DNA of 32,000 bases from Staphylothermus hellenicus DSM 12710 (GCF_000092465.1 NC_014205.1:720001-752000), one strand, 5' to 3'. Positions 1-11,134 are shown, counted from the stretch's first letter. The notes: generated by a model from the letters alone, not told the origin. Program-made: numbers and translations.

Positions 1-750
1 TACACGAACATATGTTATATCTGGATGAGCCATTACGAAAGTATTTGCTGGAAGAGTCCATGGAGTAGTTGTCCATATAAGCAAGTATTCCCTCTCTTTA
101 CCCCTAACAGGGAATTTAACATAAATACTTGGATCAGTTAGAACCTTGTATTCAACCTCGTATTCTGCAAGAGTAGTCGAGCAACGAGGACACCAGTAAA
201 CAACGCGCTCCTCTCTATCAAGTAATCCTTGCTCAGCAGCCTTCTTTATAAGCCACCATCCAGCCTCTATGTATTCATCTCTAAGGGTTAGATACGGGTT
301 TTCCCAATCCATAAACACTCCTAGTTCTTTAAACCATTTAGTCAGGCTCTTAATATTGTTGAGAGCTAGTTTCTTACATTCATTAACAAACTTGTCCACA
401 CCAATTTTTTCCTCAATTTCTCGTTTAACCTTAACACCAAGCTTTTGTTCAATTTTAACCTCTATAGGTAAACCGTGGCAATCGTATCCCGGCCTATCAA
501 ATACGTTGTATCCCCGCATACGTTTATAGCGGAGAACAATGTCTTTCAATGTCTTGTTCCAAGCCGTACCAATATGGGGAACCTCACCGCTTGGATAAGG
601 CGGGCCATCTATAAAGTTGAATCTATGAATAGATCTATTCGATTTCTCCTTGACTAATCTATAGATTTGGTTTTCATCCCAAAATCTTTTAACCCATTCC
701 TCGACTTTGTGTGGATCATATTGTCCCTTTAGTTTTCCAATGATCGGCAA
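1..750 (-). CDS. ileS: Isoleucyl-tRNA synthetase, N-terminal 250 codons (gene continues past the left edge)
   Basis: Not in the ORF track because it runs off the edge. Minus-strand translation from TTG at 750-748: [30 protein letters not shown]...[62 protein letters not shown]...[19 protein letters not shown]. It has a class-I HIGH-type motif and the DCHGLPIE block typical of IleRS. An in-frame TGA lies just upstream of the TTG. The frame stays open to position 1. Confidence 0.88.
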   Translation of the reverse strand, partial: MPIIGKLKGQYDPHKVEEWVKRFWDENQIYRLVKEKSNRSIHRFNFIDGPPYPSGEVPHIGTAWNKTLKDIVLRYKRMRGYNVFDRPGYDCHGLPIEVKIEQKLGVKVKREIEEKIGVDKFVNECKKLALNNIKSLTKWFKELGVFMDWENPYLTLRDEYIEAGWWLIKKAAEQGLLDREERVVYWCPRCSTTLAEYEVEYKVLTDPSIYVKFPVRGKEREYLLIWTTTPWTLPANTFVMAHPDITYVRV

Positions 751-914
751 AACCCTTCAACTCCTCTATACGCATTGCTTATTACTTTTTTAAAATAAGA
801 ATTAATACATGATAAATATTTTCTAACCAGTAGATATGTGGAGTCTAATCTACAAGAATCTCTAAAATCATGTACATAACGACTATTAAGGCTAAACAAG
901 AATACAGTTGAACA

Positions 915-1937
915 ATGAATAGGCAGGGGCGCGATATAATGCGGAGAGAAGCAATAGTTGCTGAAGACTTAAAGAAGAGATACATGACAAAGAAGAGGAA
1001 AGGATTGCTTAGAAGCGAGAAACAAGTAGTAGAAGCTCTTCGCGGTATAAGTTTTAAAATTTATGAGGGAGAAGTTGTCGGCTTACTAGGACCTAATGGT
1101 GCTGGAAAGACAACTACTGTAAAAATAATATCAACACTTCTAATACCGGATGAGGGAAATGCATGGGTATATGGATACCACGTGGTTAATGAAGCTAAAA
1201 AAGTACGTGAGAAACTAGGAGTAATGCTTACGGTTGAGAAGGGATTCTATGGAAAGCTCACGGGCCGGGAGAATCTAGAATATTTTGGAGCACTATATGG
1301 GTTAAAGGGAAAAGAGCTTAAGAAAAGAGTAGAATACCTACTGGAGCTCTTAGAACTCGAAAAACTTGGAGCTGGTGATAGATTATTTGAAGAATATAGT
1401 TTAGGTATGAAGGCAAGACTTAATCTTGCCAGAGCACTACTACGCGACCCACCTGTTCTACTCCTAGATGAACCAACTCTAGGCCTAGACCCGCCAAGTG
1501 CTAGGCGTATTAGAGAACTAGTAAAAACCCTAGCACATAAGCAGGGTAAAGCAATACTGTATACTACTCATAACATGTTTGAAGCAGAAATAGTTTGTGA
1601 TCGAATAATACTGATTAATAAGGGAAAAATAGTTGCTGAAGGAACCCCTGAGGAATTAAAGACTGCGATACCTAAGATTAAAACCATTAACCTTATTGTT
1701 AGAGGAACTGGAAGCGTTGACTCGATCTTTTCAGGTATAAACGCTGAGAAAGTATATGTTGAGCCAACTGATGGATTATACAATATTAAAATACAGGTTT
1801 ACAAGCCGGAGGAGATCATAGATATTCTGGTGAAGAAGCTTGTCAATAATGGTTTCGACATTGTCTCTTTAAAAATTGAAGAACCCACTCTCGAAGATGT
1901 ATTCATATATTTTGCTGAGAAAGGCGTTAAACAATGA
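915..1937 (+). CDS. ABC transporter ATP-binding protein (ABC-2/exporter-like)
   Basis: 340-aa ORF with Walker A GPNGAGKTT, signature-like YSLGMKARL, Walker B VLLLDEPTLGLD and H-loop TTHNM. The ATG at 939 (MRREAIVAEDL) is an equally plausible start. ATGA overlap with the next ORF. Confidence 0.9.
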   Translation: MNRQGRDIMRREAIVAEDLKKRYMTKKRKGLLRSEKQVVEALRGISFKIYEGEVVGLLGPNGAGKTTTVKIISTLLIPDEGNAWVYGYHVVNEAKKVREKLGVMLTVEKGFYGKLTGRENLEYFGALYGLKGKELKKRVEYLLELLELEKLGAGDRLFEEYSLGMKARLNLARALLRDPPVLLLDEPTLGLDPPSARRIRELVKTLAHKQGKAILYTTHNMFEAEIVCDRIILINKGKIVAEGTPEELKTAIPKIKTINLIVRGTGSVDSIFSGINAEKVYVEPTDGLYNIKIQVYKPEEIIDILVKKLVNNGFDIVSLKIEEPTLEDVFIYFAEKGVKQ

Positions 1938-2737
1938 GCTTAACAGATCTAATATTGGCTGAAATGAAGTTTGTATACGGAGACATTATTCGTAGAAAAT
2001 CTGTTTTACTAATGTTTATAGCTTTTCCATATGTTCTCACATTATTCATAGTATTAATTGGCTATTCAGTTGGTAATAGGCAGGTTTTTGTGGAGAAAAT
2101 AGGTGTTGATCCAGAAATATTCTTTTTGACAAGTGGTTTCCTTCTCATGTCTATTCTCGGAGTAAGCGATGATCTGCTGTGGAGGCCCAATTTTGATCGG
2201 TGGATGGGGACTCTTCCATACCTTATACTTAGCCCGGTACCAAGACTATACAGATATATTGCTATACCTATTCCCAGACTTATACTAGTAGTAATTACTG
2301 GGTTAACAAGCGTTATTCCAGTATATATTTACTTCTACGGATTAGAGGGGCTATGGAGCGGGTTAGCGGTTATTTTACTTGCAGCAATAGCTGCTATTCT
2401 CTTCACTACACCAATAATGATAATTATGGGGCTAGTATATGGTAGTGGAGGGGAGCATTGGAGAATAATTAATATTATTAGACCCCTCCTCCTAATACTG
2501 CTTGGAGCATATTATCCAAGATACATGATGCCATTAGCTGGCCTCATATTCTCATACATGATCCCGTCAAGCCATATAGTTGAGATTGTTCAGAGAATGC
2601 TTACCCATACACTGGAGTTATCATATGCATTAACATTGATCGGTATAGGCACGGCGCTGTTTATACTTTATGCTCCTCTAGGTGTTAGATCGATTAATTA
2701 TTGGGAAACTAAGAAACTAAAAGAAGGTGTGAGGTGA
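1934..2737 (+). CDS. ABC-2 type transporter permease
   Basis: 267-aa polytopic hydrophobic protein with a 4-nt start/stop overlap with the ATPase gene. Called from topology and context. Confidence 0.75.
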   Translation: MSLTDLILAEMKFVYGDIIRRKSVLLMFIAFPYVLTLFIVLIGYSVGNRQVFVEKIGVDPEIFFLTSGFLLMSILGVSDDLLWRPNFDRWMGTLPYLILSPVPRLYRYIAIPIPRLILVVITGLTSVIPVYIYFYGLEGLWSGLAVILLAAIAAILFTTPIMIIMGLVYGSGGEHWRIINIIRPLLLILLGAYYPRYMMPLAGLIFSYMIPSSHIVEIVQRMLTHTLELSYALTLIGIGTALFILYAPLGVRSINYWETKKLKEGVR

Positions 2738-2743
2738 ACCTGC

Positions 2744-3544
2744 TTGTTCGAAGCAGTAAAGGCTGTTTTGAAAGCATATTTTACAGCCGAACTACTTAGA
2801 AGCCATGGATTAACATATGGATTAGTATCTATGGCTCTATGGATGACATTATTTATTGCACCAATCATGCTTTTTGCCTCGCCTGGCGAATCTAGTCAAA
2901 TCATATCCGGCTATGCTTTCTCAGCTGTTCTAGTATTCATGTCCTATAGCATGGCTACTTGGGATTGGGCATGGGAGCTTAGATGGTTAATGATGAATAA
3001 TATGTTGGAACACGTAATACTTAGTGGTAGAAGCATATTCATACACTATATAGGAATTATACCCATAAGTTTTACATGGCTTGGATTCTCATTAATAACT
3101 GTTTATATATTGTTATCGATCCTAGTCGGTCCCCCATTAATTATTATAAATGATCCATTCATGCTTGCGCTAGGATTAACAATGCTTTTCACAGTATTAT
3201 TTGGCCACGCAATGATTCTTGGAGGAACCACTATTGCTGTTGGAACAAGCGGCCCTATCATGGAGTTTATTGGATGGATCCTTCCAATAGCGACCGGGGG
3301 ATTAACACCGTTGTCAAGACTACCATATCCTCTACAAGTATTCGCCTTACTTACTCCCTACAGTTATCCCGCGGAAATACTAAGATATGGTTTGCTTGGG
3401 ACACCGTCAGTAATTGATCTCTGGTCTGAGTGTTTTATAGGGATCATATATGATGCAGCCTTCATAATAATAGCGCTGGTATATTTCAAGTATCAAATGG
3501 TCAAGCTCTTTAAAGAGGGGCCTAAAACTGTAGGTATGTACTAG
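2744..3544 (+). CDS. ABC-2 type transporter permease (second membrane subunit)
   Basis: 266-aa polytopic hydrophobic protein. TTG start 6 nt after the previous stop. Same operon. Confidence 0.7.
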   Translation: MFEAVKAVLKAYFTAELLRSHGLTYGLVSMALWMTLFIAPIMLFASPGESSQIISGYAFSAVLVFMSYSMATWDWAWELRWLMMNNMLEHVILSGRSIFIHYIGIIPISFTWLGFSLITVYILLSILVGPPLIIINDPFMLALGLTMLFTVLFGHAMILGGTTIAVGTSGPIMEFIGWILPIATGGLTPLSRLPYPLQVFALLTPYSYPAEILRYGLLGTPSVIDLWSECFIGIIYDAAFIIIALVYFKYQMVKLFKEGPKTVGMY

Positions 3545-3621
3545 TTCTTCTTGATCAGTATTATTGTTCCAAATCATTTTTTATCTACATCTAATCTATA
3601 TTTGGAGAGGGTGCTGAGTAT

Positions 3622-3957
3622 TTGGAATTGCCAGATACTATAATGTGGTTGATCAAAGAATATAAGCCAACCAAGAGCTTACTACATAATCTTGTCTATT
3701 TAATGGATGGCGTTGATGAAAACTTTATGCATTGGAGCATATCAATAACTGGTGTTTACTCTGAGAAGATTGACTATATTGTTGAAAACCTTATTCGTAA
3801 AGGATTAGTAATTGAATGTAGTAATGGAAGACTTACAATAGATAAGTGTCCTAGCGAGGATATTGATGGCCACAAAATAGTTTCACAAGCCATATTTAAA
3901 TACTTGTTATCCAAGACTATGAAGGCTCAAATAATAAGGGGAGAGCTAAGCAACTAG
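3622..3957 (+). CDS. Hypothetical small protein
   Basis: 111-aa ORF (TTG start; alternative ATG at 3643). I recognise no motif. It fills the gap between flanking genes. Confidence 0.4.
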   Translation: MELPDTIMWLIKEYKPTKSLLHNLVYLMDGVDENFMHWSISITGVYSEKIDYIVENLIRKGLVIECSNGRLTIDKCPSEDIDGHKIVSQAIFKYLLSKTMKAQIIRGELSN

Positions 3958-3959
3958 TT

Positions 3960-5612
3960 TTAGCTTGTCTCCGGAGCCTCTTTAATTTTACCTCCTACGG
4001 CATCCTCCAATATATCGATAATAACATATCTTGCTCTATTCAATTCTTCTTCTGTTAATTCACGATACTTGTTCCGGTTAAGATAAACAATAAATAATGC
4101 TTCAGGTATTAAGCCGTTCTTCTCAGCGAATACATCCGGGTTTTCCTCCCTAACATCTATTGGTTTCTCATCTCTAAGCTTAGCCAGTAATAAGTACTTG
4201 ATTACCTCCCTACTAGCTGAGGGATATATACTGATAGACTCTATTACAACCCTAACATCTTCTTCGCTGAACCCCTTAGATCCAAGTTCTTGAGCAACTT
4301 CTTTCTTAACATCTTCTCTAATAGCTTTCTGCATTGCATCGCCGAATCTATTGCTGAAAATATGTCTTGCACTTCTTAAATCATATATGAACGTATCAAG
4401 TCTTTTCCAAGCTGGTTTACGGTGTATGAAGAGGTTTTCAAGGCTTTGCCTCGCTAATTCCCTATAGTCTTTGCATAGATTACCAATATCTCCTCTAGCC
4501 ATTATCATTTGTAATAGTCCATATATGCTGTAATCTGTTAGGGACAAGTATAGTCTTAGATTATCGCTTGACTCCAACATTTTATCTATAATACTGGCTA
4601 TGTGGTCTCTGAGACAGTTGAGCAGGAAACCGATTGTTTCATCAAATGCTATGTTTACATGGTGTAGATAAACATTTTTATACATCATTTTTCTAGCATT
4701 CAATAACCTTACTAGATCATCTACAGCCTTAGTAGATATTGCTGGAACAAGTAATCCATGGTGCTCTAATAAATAAGTATTTCTTATCAACCATTCATCG
4801 TTTATGTTGCCTAGAGGCAAGCCTGTAAAGTAACTGTCTCTCCTTAAATAATCAATTATATCTGATGTGTAAATATAGTCTCTAACAACAAGCCTCACTA
4901 TTCCATGGACAGCCTTATCGGGTCTTGGCACATAGAATTCATCTAGCCTAACAATATTCTTTGAAACTAGATCCGTGTGATCCTTCATTCCAAGAGGAGG
5001 CTTTAAAGATTCATCAAGAATATCAATTATAAAATCTGCATCTATACCCAAAACATTATTGTAATTCGTAATAGTTTTCCTTATTTCATCCCGTAGATAA
5101 TCCCTATAAATAATATAGCCGAGGAGTTCATGGTTTCCCAGCTTATATCCTAGAAAATCTCTATTTTTATAAACATAAGTATCGAATGCATGGCTGAATG
5201 GCCCATGACCTATATCATGCAGTAATCCAAGAATTCTAGCAGCTATTATGGCTTCCCTGGATTTACTAATTATTTCTTTGAGTTGACCGGTTCCTTCACC
5301 ACCGTATTTGGTGATGGATCTCAGCAATTGATTCATATACTTATATGATAAATGCATAACGCCCAAGCTATGATCGAAACGTGTATGAGTTGCTGAGGGA
5401 TATACAAAATGAGCTGTTTGTAGTTGATGAACATATCTTAGCCTCTGAACAGGCCATGAATCAATAATACTGTCTTCAAATCCTTTAACATAATCTATGT
5501 ATTGATAAATAACATCTCTAATCTGAGCATTAAAAGGCATACTCCATAAAAGCCCTAATTCCGTACCACCAGCATATTTAGCCAGTGTTTTATCATCATT
5601 GATTAAAGACAC
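3960..5612 (-). CDS. HD-domain phosphohydrolase, dNTP triphosphohydrolase-like (SAMHD1/COG1078-type)
   Basis: 550-aa ORF with RFDHSLGVMHL and LLHDIGHGPFSH motifs (the H...HD...D metal site typical of this family). Confidence 0.85.
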   Translation of the reverse strand: MSLINDDKTLAKYAGGTELGLLWSMPFNAQIRDVIYQYIDYVKGFEDSIIDSWPVQRLRYVHQLQTAHFVYPSATHTRFDHSLGVMHLSYKYMNQLLRSITKYGGEGTGQLKEIISKSREAIIAARILGLLHDIGHGPFSHAFDTYVYKNRDFLGYKLGNHELLGYIIYRDYLRDEIRKTITNYNNVLGIDADFIIDILDESLKPPLGMKDHTDLVSKNIVRLDEFYVPRPDKAVHGIVRLVVRDYIYTSDIIDYLRRDSYFTGLPLGNINDEWLIRNTYLLEHHGLLVPAISTKAVDDLVRLLNARKMMYKNVYLHHVNIAFDETIGFLLNCLRDHIASIIDKMLESSDNLRLYLSLTDYSIYGLLQMIMARGDIGNLCKDYRELARQSLENLFIHRKPAWKRLDTFIYDLRSARHIFSNRFGDAMQKAIREDVKKEVAQELGSKGFSEEDVRVVIESISIYPSASREVIKYLLLAKLRDEKPIDVREENPDVFAEKNGLIPEALFIVYLNRNKYRELTEEELNRARYVIIDILEDAVGGKIKEAPETS

Positions 5613-5719
5613 GGTATTACCACCTTCAAGATCAGATTTATAAATAGATCGTAATAAATCTTTCCATCAACTAAATAAAAGAACCAAGAAAAGACGGGGA
5701 GAAAAACTATATAAAAGTA

Positions 5720-6550
5720 TTACTTAGGCATATCACGAATATGTACATCCAGCTGCGGGAACGGTATCTCTATACCGGCTTTGTTGAATTCTTCATAGAT
5801 CATCTTAGTGAGATCAACTTTCACCGCTCCATAATCAGATGTTTTTGTCCAAGCTCTTATTTGTAGATTCACCGATGAATCAGCTAGTTGTGTCACAACT
5901 ACTTGGGGAGCAGGATCTTGTAGTACTTTCGGATGCTTCTTAACTGTTTCAAGAGCTACATTTATAGCTTTATCTAAATCTGTTCCATAAGCTACTCCAA
6001 CATCCAAGTCTACTCTTCTAGTATCCTCCCTCGTATAGTTCACTATTGGTGCACCCCATATATTCTTGTTTGGAATAGTTATGACAACATTTTCAAATGT
6101 TTTCAGAGTAGTAGACATTACTCCAATACCGTGAATTATACCTGAATAACCAGCTACTTGGACATAGTCTCCCTTGTCAAAAGGCCTTATAACAGCAAGC
6201 CATACACCTGCGGCCATATTAGCCCATGTATCCTGTAATCCGAAGCCTAGAATTAATCCTATGACTGCGGATAAACCTAGGCCTGCTGCGCTAGTATCTA
6301 TACCTATAATGGGTAGGACTGATAGGATAACTATTATGTATCCAATCGCTTTTATAATGTTGATAACTAATCCGGAAACTAGTGGTGGGGTTTTTAGCCT
6401 ATCCATTGTCCTCTTCAGTATATTAGCAACAATTCTTACAATAATTATACCTATTATCAACGCTACTATGAATACCACTAATTGATATATACTGAAACCC
6501 AAAAACGGTAGTGGAGACACGAATATATCCTCCACACCCATATAGGTCAC
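5720..6550 (-). CDS. mscS: Small-conductance mechanosensitive channel (MscS family)
   Basis: 276 aa with N-terminal TM helices, then GDYVQVAGYSGIIHGIGVMSTTLKTFENVVITIPNKNIW, the beta-domain signature of MscS. Confidence 0.9.
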   Translation of the reverse strand: MTYMGVEDIFVSPLPFLGFSIYQLVVFIVALIIGIIIVRIVANILKRTMDRLKTPPLVSGLVINIIKAIGYIIVILSVLPIIGIDTSAAGLGLSAVIGLILGFGLQDTWANMAAGVWLAVIRPFDKGDYVQVAGYSGIIHGIGVMSTTLKTFENVVITIPNKNIWGAPIVNYTREDTRRVDLDVGVAYGTDLDKAINVALETVKKHPKVLQDPAPQVVVTQLADSSVNLQIRAWTKTSDYGAVKVDLTKMIYEEFNKAGIEIPFPQLDVHIRDMPK

Positions 6551-6686
6551 CTAATCAATGCTTACATTACAGATACAATTTATAATTATTACATAATTAT
6601 TAAATATATAATTGACACCTGCATGAACTAGCTACATGATATTATTACCGATTTTTTTATTTTTTCATTATTAAATAAATATATAG

Positions 6687-7493
6687 GTGATAGTGGTGGC
6701 TGGTAAATCTTTGTATTCTATCTCTGTGTTACTGTTCATTATAGTGTTCTCTATTATCTCCGCTATTCCCAGTACGGTGGAATCCTATGACGTTGGTGCT
6801 GCGATGACTTTTGATGACGATACTAATGATACATGGTTTAATGCTGTAAAGGATTTTGTGGATATTATTACTAGTTCTAGGGCATACTGGTATGAATGGT
6901 TTCTAAGGGACTATCCTAATGTAGGTCCATATATGTGGACTGAGGAGGAGTATGGCGGAGAGGATAACGACTATGCTGACTTCACAGAGCTATCACTAGT
7001 ATGGGGGCATGGCTGTGTGGTGGTATTTCCTGACGGAGAATCTGTTACCGCCATAGGGTTTGGAGGGGGAAAGGGATGCGCTATGCCTTATCATATAAGG
7101 CTTGGATATAAAAGCCCCGATTATTACGGATATGCTATATGGACTTTCATAATACAATGTAGTATATTGAATGATGACGATGTAGGCGAATGGCTACAGG
7201 TAATGACAGGTATTCACATGGTACTAGGTTTCGCAAACACTGTCGTTATATCTAATGTGGATCCAAGCATTCTAGCCTACAGGTTAACGGGTACTGGAGG
7301 TTATCAGAAGGAAACAGTTCAAGATGCATTCTTCCATACATTTGTGAGATATGACAATGTCCATAAAAACAATATTGGAAGAATCATTGCTGAGAATGCT
7401 GATGCTGCTGATCATGACACCATAGATTCCTTTGAATATCATATCCCTGTCGACAACGTAAAGCTTATAATTACATGCTATATACCGGGGTGA
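6687..7493 (+). CDS. Secreted hypothetical protein with a possible His/Cys (caspase-fold-like) dyad
   Basis: 268 aa, GTG start, N-terminal signal/anchor (LYSISVLLFIIVFSIISAIP). Motifs LSLVWGHGCVVVF (His108) and WTFIIQCSILND (Cys158). Confidence 0.6.
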   Translation: MIVVAGKSLYSISVLLFIIVFSIISAIPSTVESYDVGAAMTFDDDTNDTWFNAVKDFVDIITSSRAYWYEWFLRDYPNVGPYMWTEEEYGGEDNDYADFTELSLVWGHGCVVVFPDGESVTAIGFGGGKGCAMPYHIRLGYKSPDYYGYAIWTFIIQCSILNDDDVGEWLQVMTGIHMVLGFANTVVISNVDPSILAYRLTGTGGYQKETVQDAFFHTFVRYDNVHKNNIGRIIAENADAADHDTIDSFEYHIPVDNVKLIITCYIPG

Positions 7494-7500
7494 TAGAACT

Positions 7501-8601
7501 ATGAAAAGAAACATATTATTAGTCTCATCAGTAGTCATTGCAGTGATCATAGCAATATTAATAGTTATGTTCAATACACAATATAATTACATGCCGAATA
7601 AATATAATACCATATCTAATACCATATCCCGGGAGGAGAGTGTAGAGCCTTCAAATATAACGCTCATAGATTATAGGCTTATAAACATACTTGGAACCTA
7701 TAAGTATTATGTGTTGAGCAATGGCTCCACGATCGCTGTCCCGCCCCCTCCCCATCCAGATCCATTCCCGTTTAAGATAGAGCTTAGAAATGTTAATAGA
7801 TCCGTGATCCATAAAAAGCTTCCAGTATACAAGTTAGAGTATCCTGAGGAACCCGATGAAGTCATGAAAGTTGCTCGTACACTGCTTAGTTTATTTGGTG
7901 TAGAAGTTTCATCATTAGAATTTAATAATGTGACAAAAGCTTTTCTATACAGCAACCCCGAACAGGGCATACGTTTATTTGAATATTATATCGGCACCGA
8001 TAAAGGCTTCTTCAGAATAATATTTGAGAATCCAAGAATAGTTAATTATACATTATTCATGGAGAGGGTTAGGCTGATTGTAGACGATAAGATTACCTAT
8101 AAGTCATCAATTATTGAAAAACCATATACTTGGACAGAAACAATTGTCCCCGCAGCCTCGGCAAAACCTGCTGAATCCCAAGCTATAGCCTATGCTATAA
8201 TTTATAAAGGCTTCCTAAAAGACATGCCGGTACCCTATGCTATAACCTCAGTATTATTCAAATGCGATGGGGAAGGCAAGGTTTTAGAGATAGAGGGTAC
8301 ATTGCCTAAAAAGATCATAGAGATTGGCTCATACCCCGTAATACCCATTGAGCAGATATGCAAGTTATTAACCGAGAGAGTTTCAGGTAAGATCAAAGCT
8401 GGGGACTGGTACATATCTTATGTAGGCTTCACAAAACTCACCATAACCAACATAACACTAGAATACTATGAAACCATGACAACGGAGAAATACTTGGTTC
8501 CAATATACCGTTTCACCGGAGAATGGACACTAAACTATGATGAAATCAACGACCATGGATCACTAAATGGATTCATCATAGCCGTAGCTTTATCAAAGTA
8601 A
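7501..8601 (+). CDS. Membrane-anchored hypothetical protein
   Basis: 366 aa, starting 7 nt after the previous stop. It has an N-terminal TM helix (ILLVSSVVIAVIIAILIV) and a proline-rich stretch PPPPHPDPFPF. No recognised catalytic motif. Confidence 0.6.
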   Translation: MKRNILLVSSVVIAVIIAILIVMFNTQYNYMPNKYNTISNTISREESVEPSNITLIDYRLINILGTYKYYVLSNGSTIAVPPPPHPDPFPFKIELRNVNRSVIHKKLPVYKLEYPEEPDEVMKVARTLLSLFGVEVSSLEFNNVTKAFLYSNPEQGIRLFEYYIGTDKGFFRIIFENPRIVNYTLFMERVRLIVDDKITYKSSIIEKPYTWTETIVPAASAKPAESQAIAYAIIYKGFLKDMPVPYAITSVLFKCDGEGKVLEIEGTLPKKIIEIGSYPVIPIEQICKLLTERVSGKIKAGDWYISYVGFTKLTITNITLEYYETMTTEKYLVPIYRFTGEWTLNYDEINDHGSLNGFIIAVALSK

Positions 8602-8693
8602 TTTACCCCTCATCTACCAAGTATTTTTTTCTTACACACTTTTTACGGGATAGATTTTATATCCTCTACAAATGATATTATAAGAGTTACTTG

Positions 8694-8921
8694 TTATTTT
8701 TGATCTTCTGTCTTCATTTTTTCTAAGAGCTTCTTATATGGTGATTCAAGAAAGAATCCTCTTCCACATTTTGGACAAACAACTACTACGGGTCTCTCCC
8801 TCTGTTCAGGTAATACCTCATGATCAGCTAGGTATAGGACTGATTCATATATGAATGTAAACTCTTTTGGATCTCCTTCGTAGCCGCAGTATGGGCATTT
8901 GATCTTTTTCATAGATATCAC
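8694..8921 (-). CDS. Zinc-ribbon small protein
   Basis: 75 aa with two CxxC pairs (CPYCGY ... CPKCGRG). Confidence 0.5.
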   Translation of the reverse strand: MISMKKIKCPYCGYEGDPKEFTFIYESVLYLADHEVLPEQRERPVVVVCPKCGRGFFLESPYKKLLEKMKTEDQK

Positions 8922-9076
8922 TTCGTTTCTGAATCCATATAGTAATTTGTTATTGGCAAGTATTATTTTTAGCTATTAATTCCTAATTATTTAGTTAGGA
9001 TTCCTAAACAAAAAGTTTATATATTAGAAGGATAATATTAAGAACATGATAAAAATATTTAGGAAAGGTGAACAAG

Positions 9077-9784
9077 ATGCCTGGAACAATTCCTCTTATA
9101 GGAGAAAAATTCCCTGAGATGGAAGTAGTCACCCAACATGGAAAAATAAAACTACCAGACCATTTCAAAGGCAAATACTGGGTCTTATTCAGCCACCCAG
9201 CAGACTTCACACCAGTATGTACCACCGAGTTCGTAGCATTCGCGAAGAGATATGAGGACTTCAAGAAACTTAACACCGAACTAATAGGTCTCAGTGTTGA
9301 CAGTAACTATAGCCATATGAAGTGGATTGAATGGATAAAGGAGAAGTTCGGCGTAGAAATACCGTTCCCAATAATAGCTGATCCCAGAGGCACTGTTGCT
9401 AGCAAACTAGGAATGCTCCACGCTGCAAGCGCAACACATACTGTTAGAGCTGTATTCATAGTTGACCCCAATGGAATCATTAGAGCAATCCTCTACTATC
9501 CACTAGACAATGGCAGAAACATGGACGAAATACTTAGACTAGTCAAGGCAATTCAGATAACAGACAAGTATGGTAGAGCAACACCAGCTAACTGGCCAAA
9601 CAACGAGTTAATAGGTGACTCAGTAATCGTACCACCCGCAGGAACAGTTAAGGAGGCAGAGGAGAGATTGAAGAAGTTCAAGTGCTTCGACTGGTGGTTC
9701 TGCTACGAAGAAGGAAAAGTGCCAAAAGAAGAAGTTGAAGAAGTCCGTAAATGGCTTGAGAGAGCTGCTAAACCACAGAAATAA
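9077..9784 (+). CDS. Peroxiredoxin (archaeal Prx6-like thioredoxin peroxidase)
   Basis: [17 protein letters not shown]...[14 protein letters not shown] holds the peroxidatic Cys motif, and C-terminal CFDWWFC cysteines are present. The track ORF begins at GTG 9068. I prefer ATG 9077 because, as I recall, homologues begin MPG. Confidence 0.93.
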   Translation: MPGTIPLIGEKFPEMEVVTQHGKIKLPDHFKGKYWVLFSHPADFTPVCTTEFVAFAKRYEDFKKLNTELIGLSVDSNYSHMKWIEWIKEKFGVEIPFPIIADPRGTVASKLGMLHAASATHTVRAVFIVDPNGIIRAILYYPLDNGRNMDEILRLVKAIQITDKYGRATPANWPNNELIGDSVIVPPAGTVKEAEERLKKFKCFDWWFCYEEGKVPKEEVEEVRKWLERAAKPQK

Positions 9785-9928
9785 CATGGACAATCCTTGT
9801 TAAAACCATATAACTAATTCCTTTTTTAACATACAATCATTTTATATGAGCTTTTATACATACGATACAATTAGGTTTAATATTTTCATAGTATATATTA
9901 TATAACGTCGTTATATCAATGTAAAACT

Positions 9929-11035
9929 TTGGTGGTATCTATGAATAAGAATGAATTATATGAGACCCTCGAAAAACTTACTAGTATAGTTTCGCCTTCA
10001 GGCCATGAAGATGAAATTAGAAATACTATTATAGAATTGCTTAAACCATATGCTGATGAATTATGGGTTGATTCACTGGGAAACATAATAGCTGTTAAGA
10101 AGGGAAGCAGTGAAGGCAGGTTAATGATTGCTGCTCACATGGACGAGATCGGTTTAATGATAAATCATATAACAAAGACTGGATTCCTCAAGTTTACACC
10201 TATAGGTGGGTGGAACTCTGTTATATTGCCTGGGCAAAGAGTCCTTATAAAAACTAAGAGAGGAGAATATGTTCGTGGAGTAATAGGTATGAAGCCCCCA
10301 CACATTATGAAGCCAGAGGAAGCTAAGCAGGCTCCACAAATAGGTGACTTATTTATCGATATAGGCGCTTCTAGCAGGGAGGAAGTGGGGAAACTAGGTG
10401 TAACTATTGGATCAGTAGCTGTGATCGAGAGAAGCATTGCTAAGCTTTCCGGAGATGTTGTAACTGGTAGAGCATTTGATGACAAGGTTGGTGTAGCGGT
10501 ATTGATTGAAGCTTTCAAGAACCTTGAAAAACCCAAAGTAGACGTGTATGCTGTAGCAACTGTTATGGAGGAAGTTGGGTTAAAAGGAGCTAGAGTAGCA
10601 GCGTACTCTATAACACCATATGTTGGATTAGCACTAGACGTAACCATAGCAGCTGATGTACCCGGAGTTGATGAATCAAAACAAATAACCAAGCTAGGTA
10701 AAGGGCCTGCAATAAAAGTTATGGATGGAAGATCCGGTTCGGGATTAATAGCTCACCCAGCAATCAAAAATACTCTAATACAATTAGCTGAACAACACAA
10801 TATTCCATACCAATTAGAAGTATTAACCGGTGGAACAACCGATGCGACAATAATACAGTTAACAAAGGAAGGTGTTCCAACAGGTGCATTATCAATTCCA
10901 ACAAGATATATTCATTCACCTGTAGAAGTATTGAATCTGGAGGATGCATTAAATACTGCAAAATTGACAAAATTGTTTGCTGAACATATAGATATTGAAT
11001 GGATCAATAAATACTTGAAGAGAAAAATAAAGTAG
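9929..11035 (+). CDS. M42 family (TET/FrvX-type) aminopeptidase
   Basis: Motifs AAHMDEIGLMI, AFDDKVGVAV, MEEVGLKGA and TRYIHSP. TTG start at 9929; ATG at 9941 (MNKNELYETL) is also plausible. Confidence 0.9.
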   Translation: MVVSMNKNELYETLEKLTSIVSPSGHEDEIRNTIIELLKPYADELWVDSLGNIIAVKKGSSEGRLMIAAHMDEIGLMINHITKTGFLKFTPIGGWNSVILPGQRVLIKTKRGEYVRGVIGMKPPHIMKPEEAKQAPQIGDLFIDIGASSREEVGKLGVTIGSVAVIERSIAKLSGDVVTGRAFDDKVGVAVLIEAFKNLEKPKVDVYAVATVMEEVGLKGARVAAYSITPYVGLALDVTIAADVPGVDESKQITKLGKGPAIKVMDGRSGSGLIAHPAIKNTLIQLAEQHNIPYQLEVLTGGTTDATIIQLTKEGVPTGALSIPTRYIHSPVEVLNLEDALNTAKLTKLFAEHIDIEWINKYLKRKIK

Positions 11036-11134
11036 TACTTGAATAAATAACAACTTATTTTTTCAAAAAACATTATAATTCGCCCTAACAGAATTAAATA
11101 CAGGAGCTATGCTCAATTTTTACAAGGTGATCCT

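Noticed and set aside
3960-5612. The HD-domain dNTPase-like protein as an antiviral dNTP-depletion defence gene.
   Set aside because: This family is widespread as a housekeeping enzyme in archaea. No defence-type neighbours, mobile-element markers or compositional anomaly surround it.
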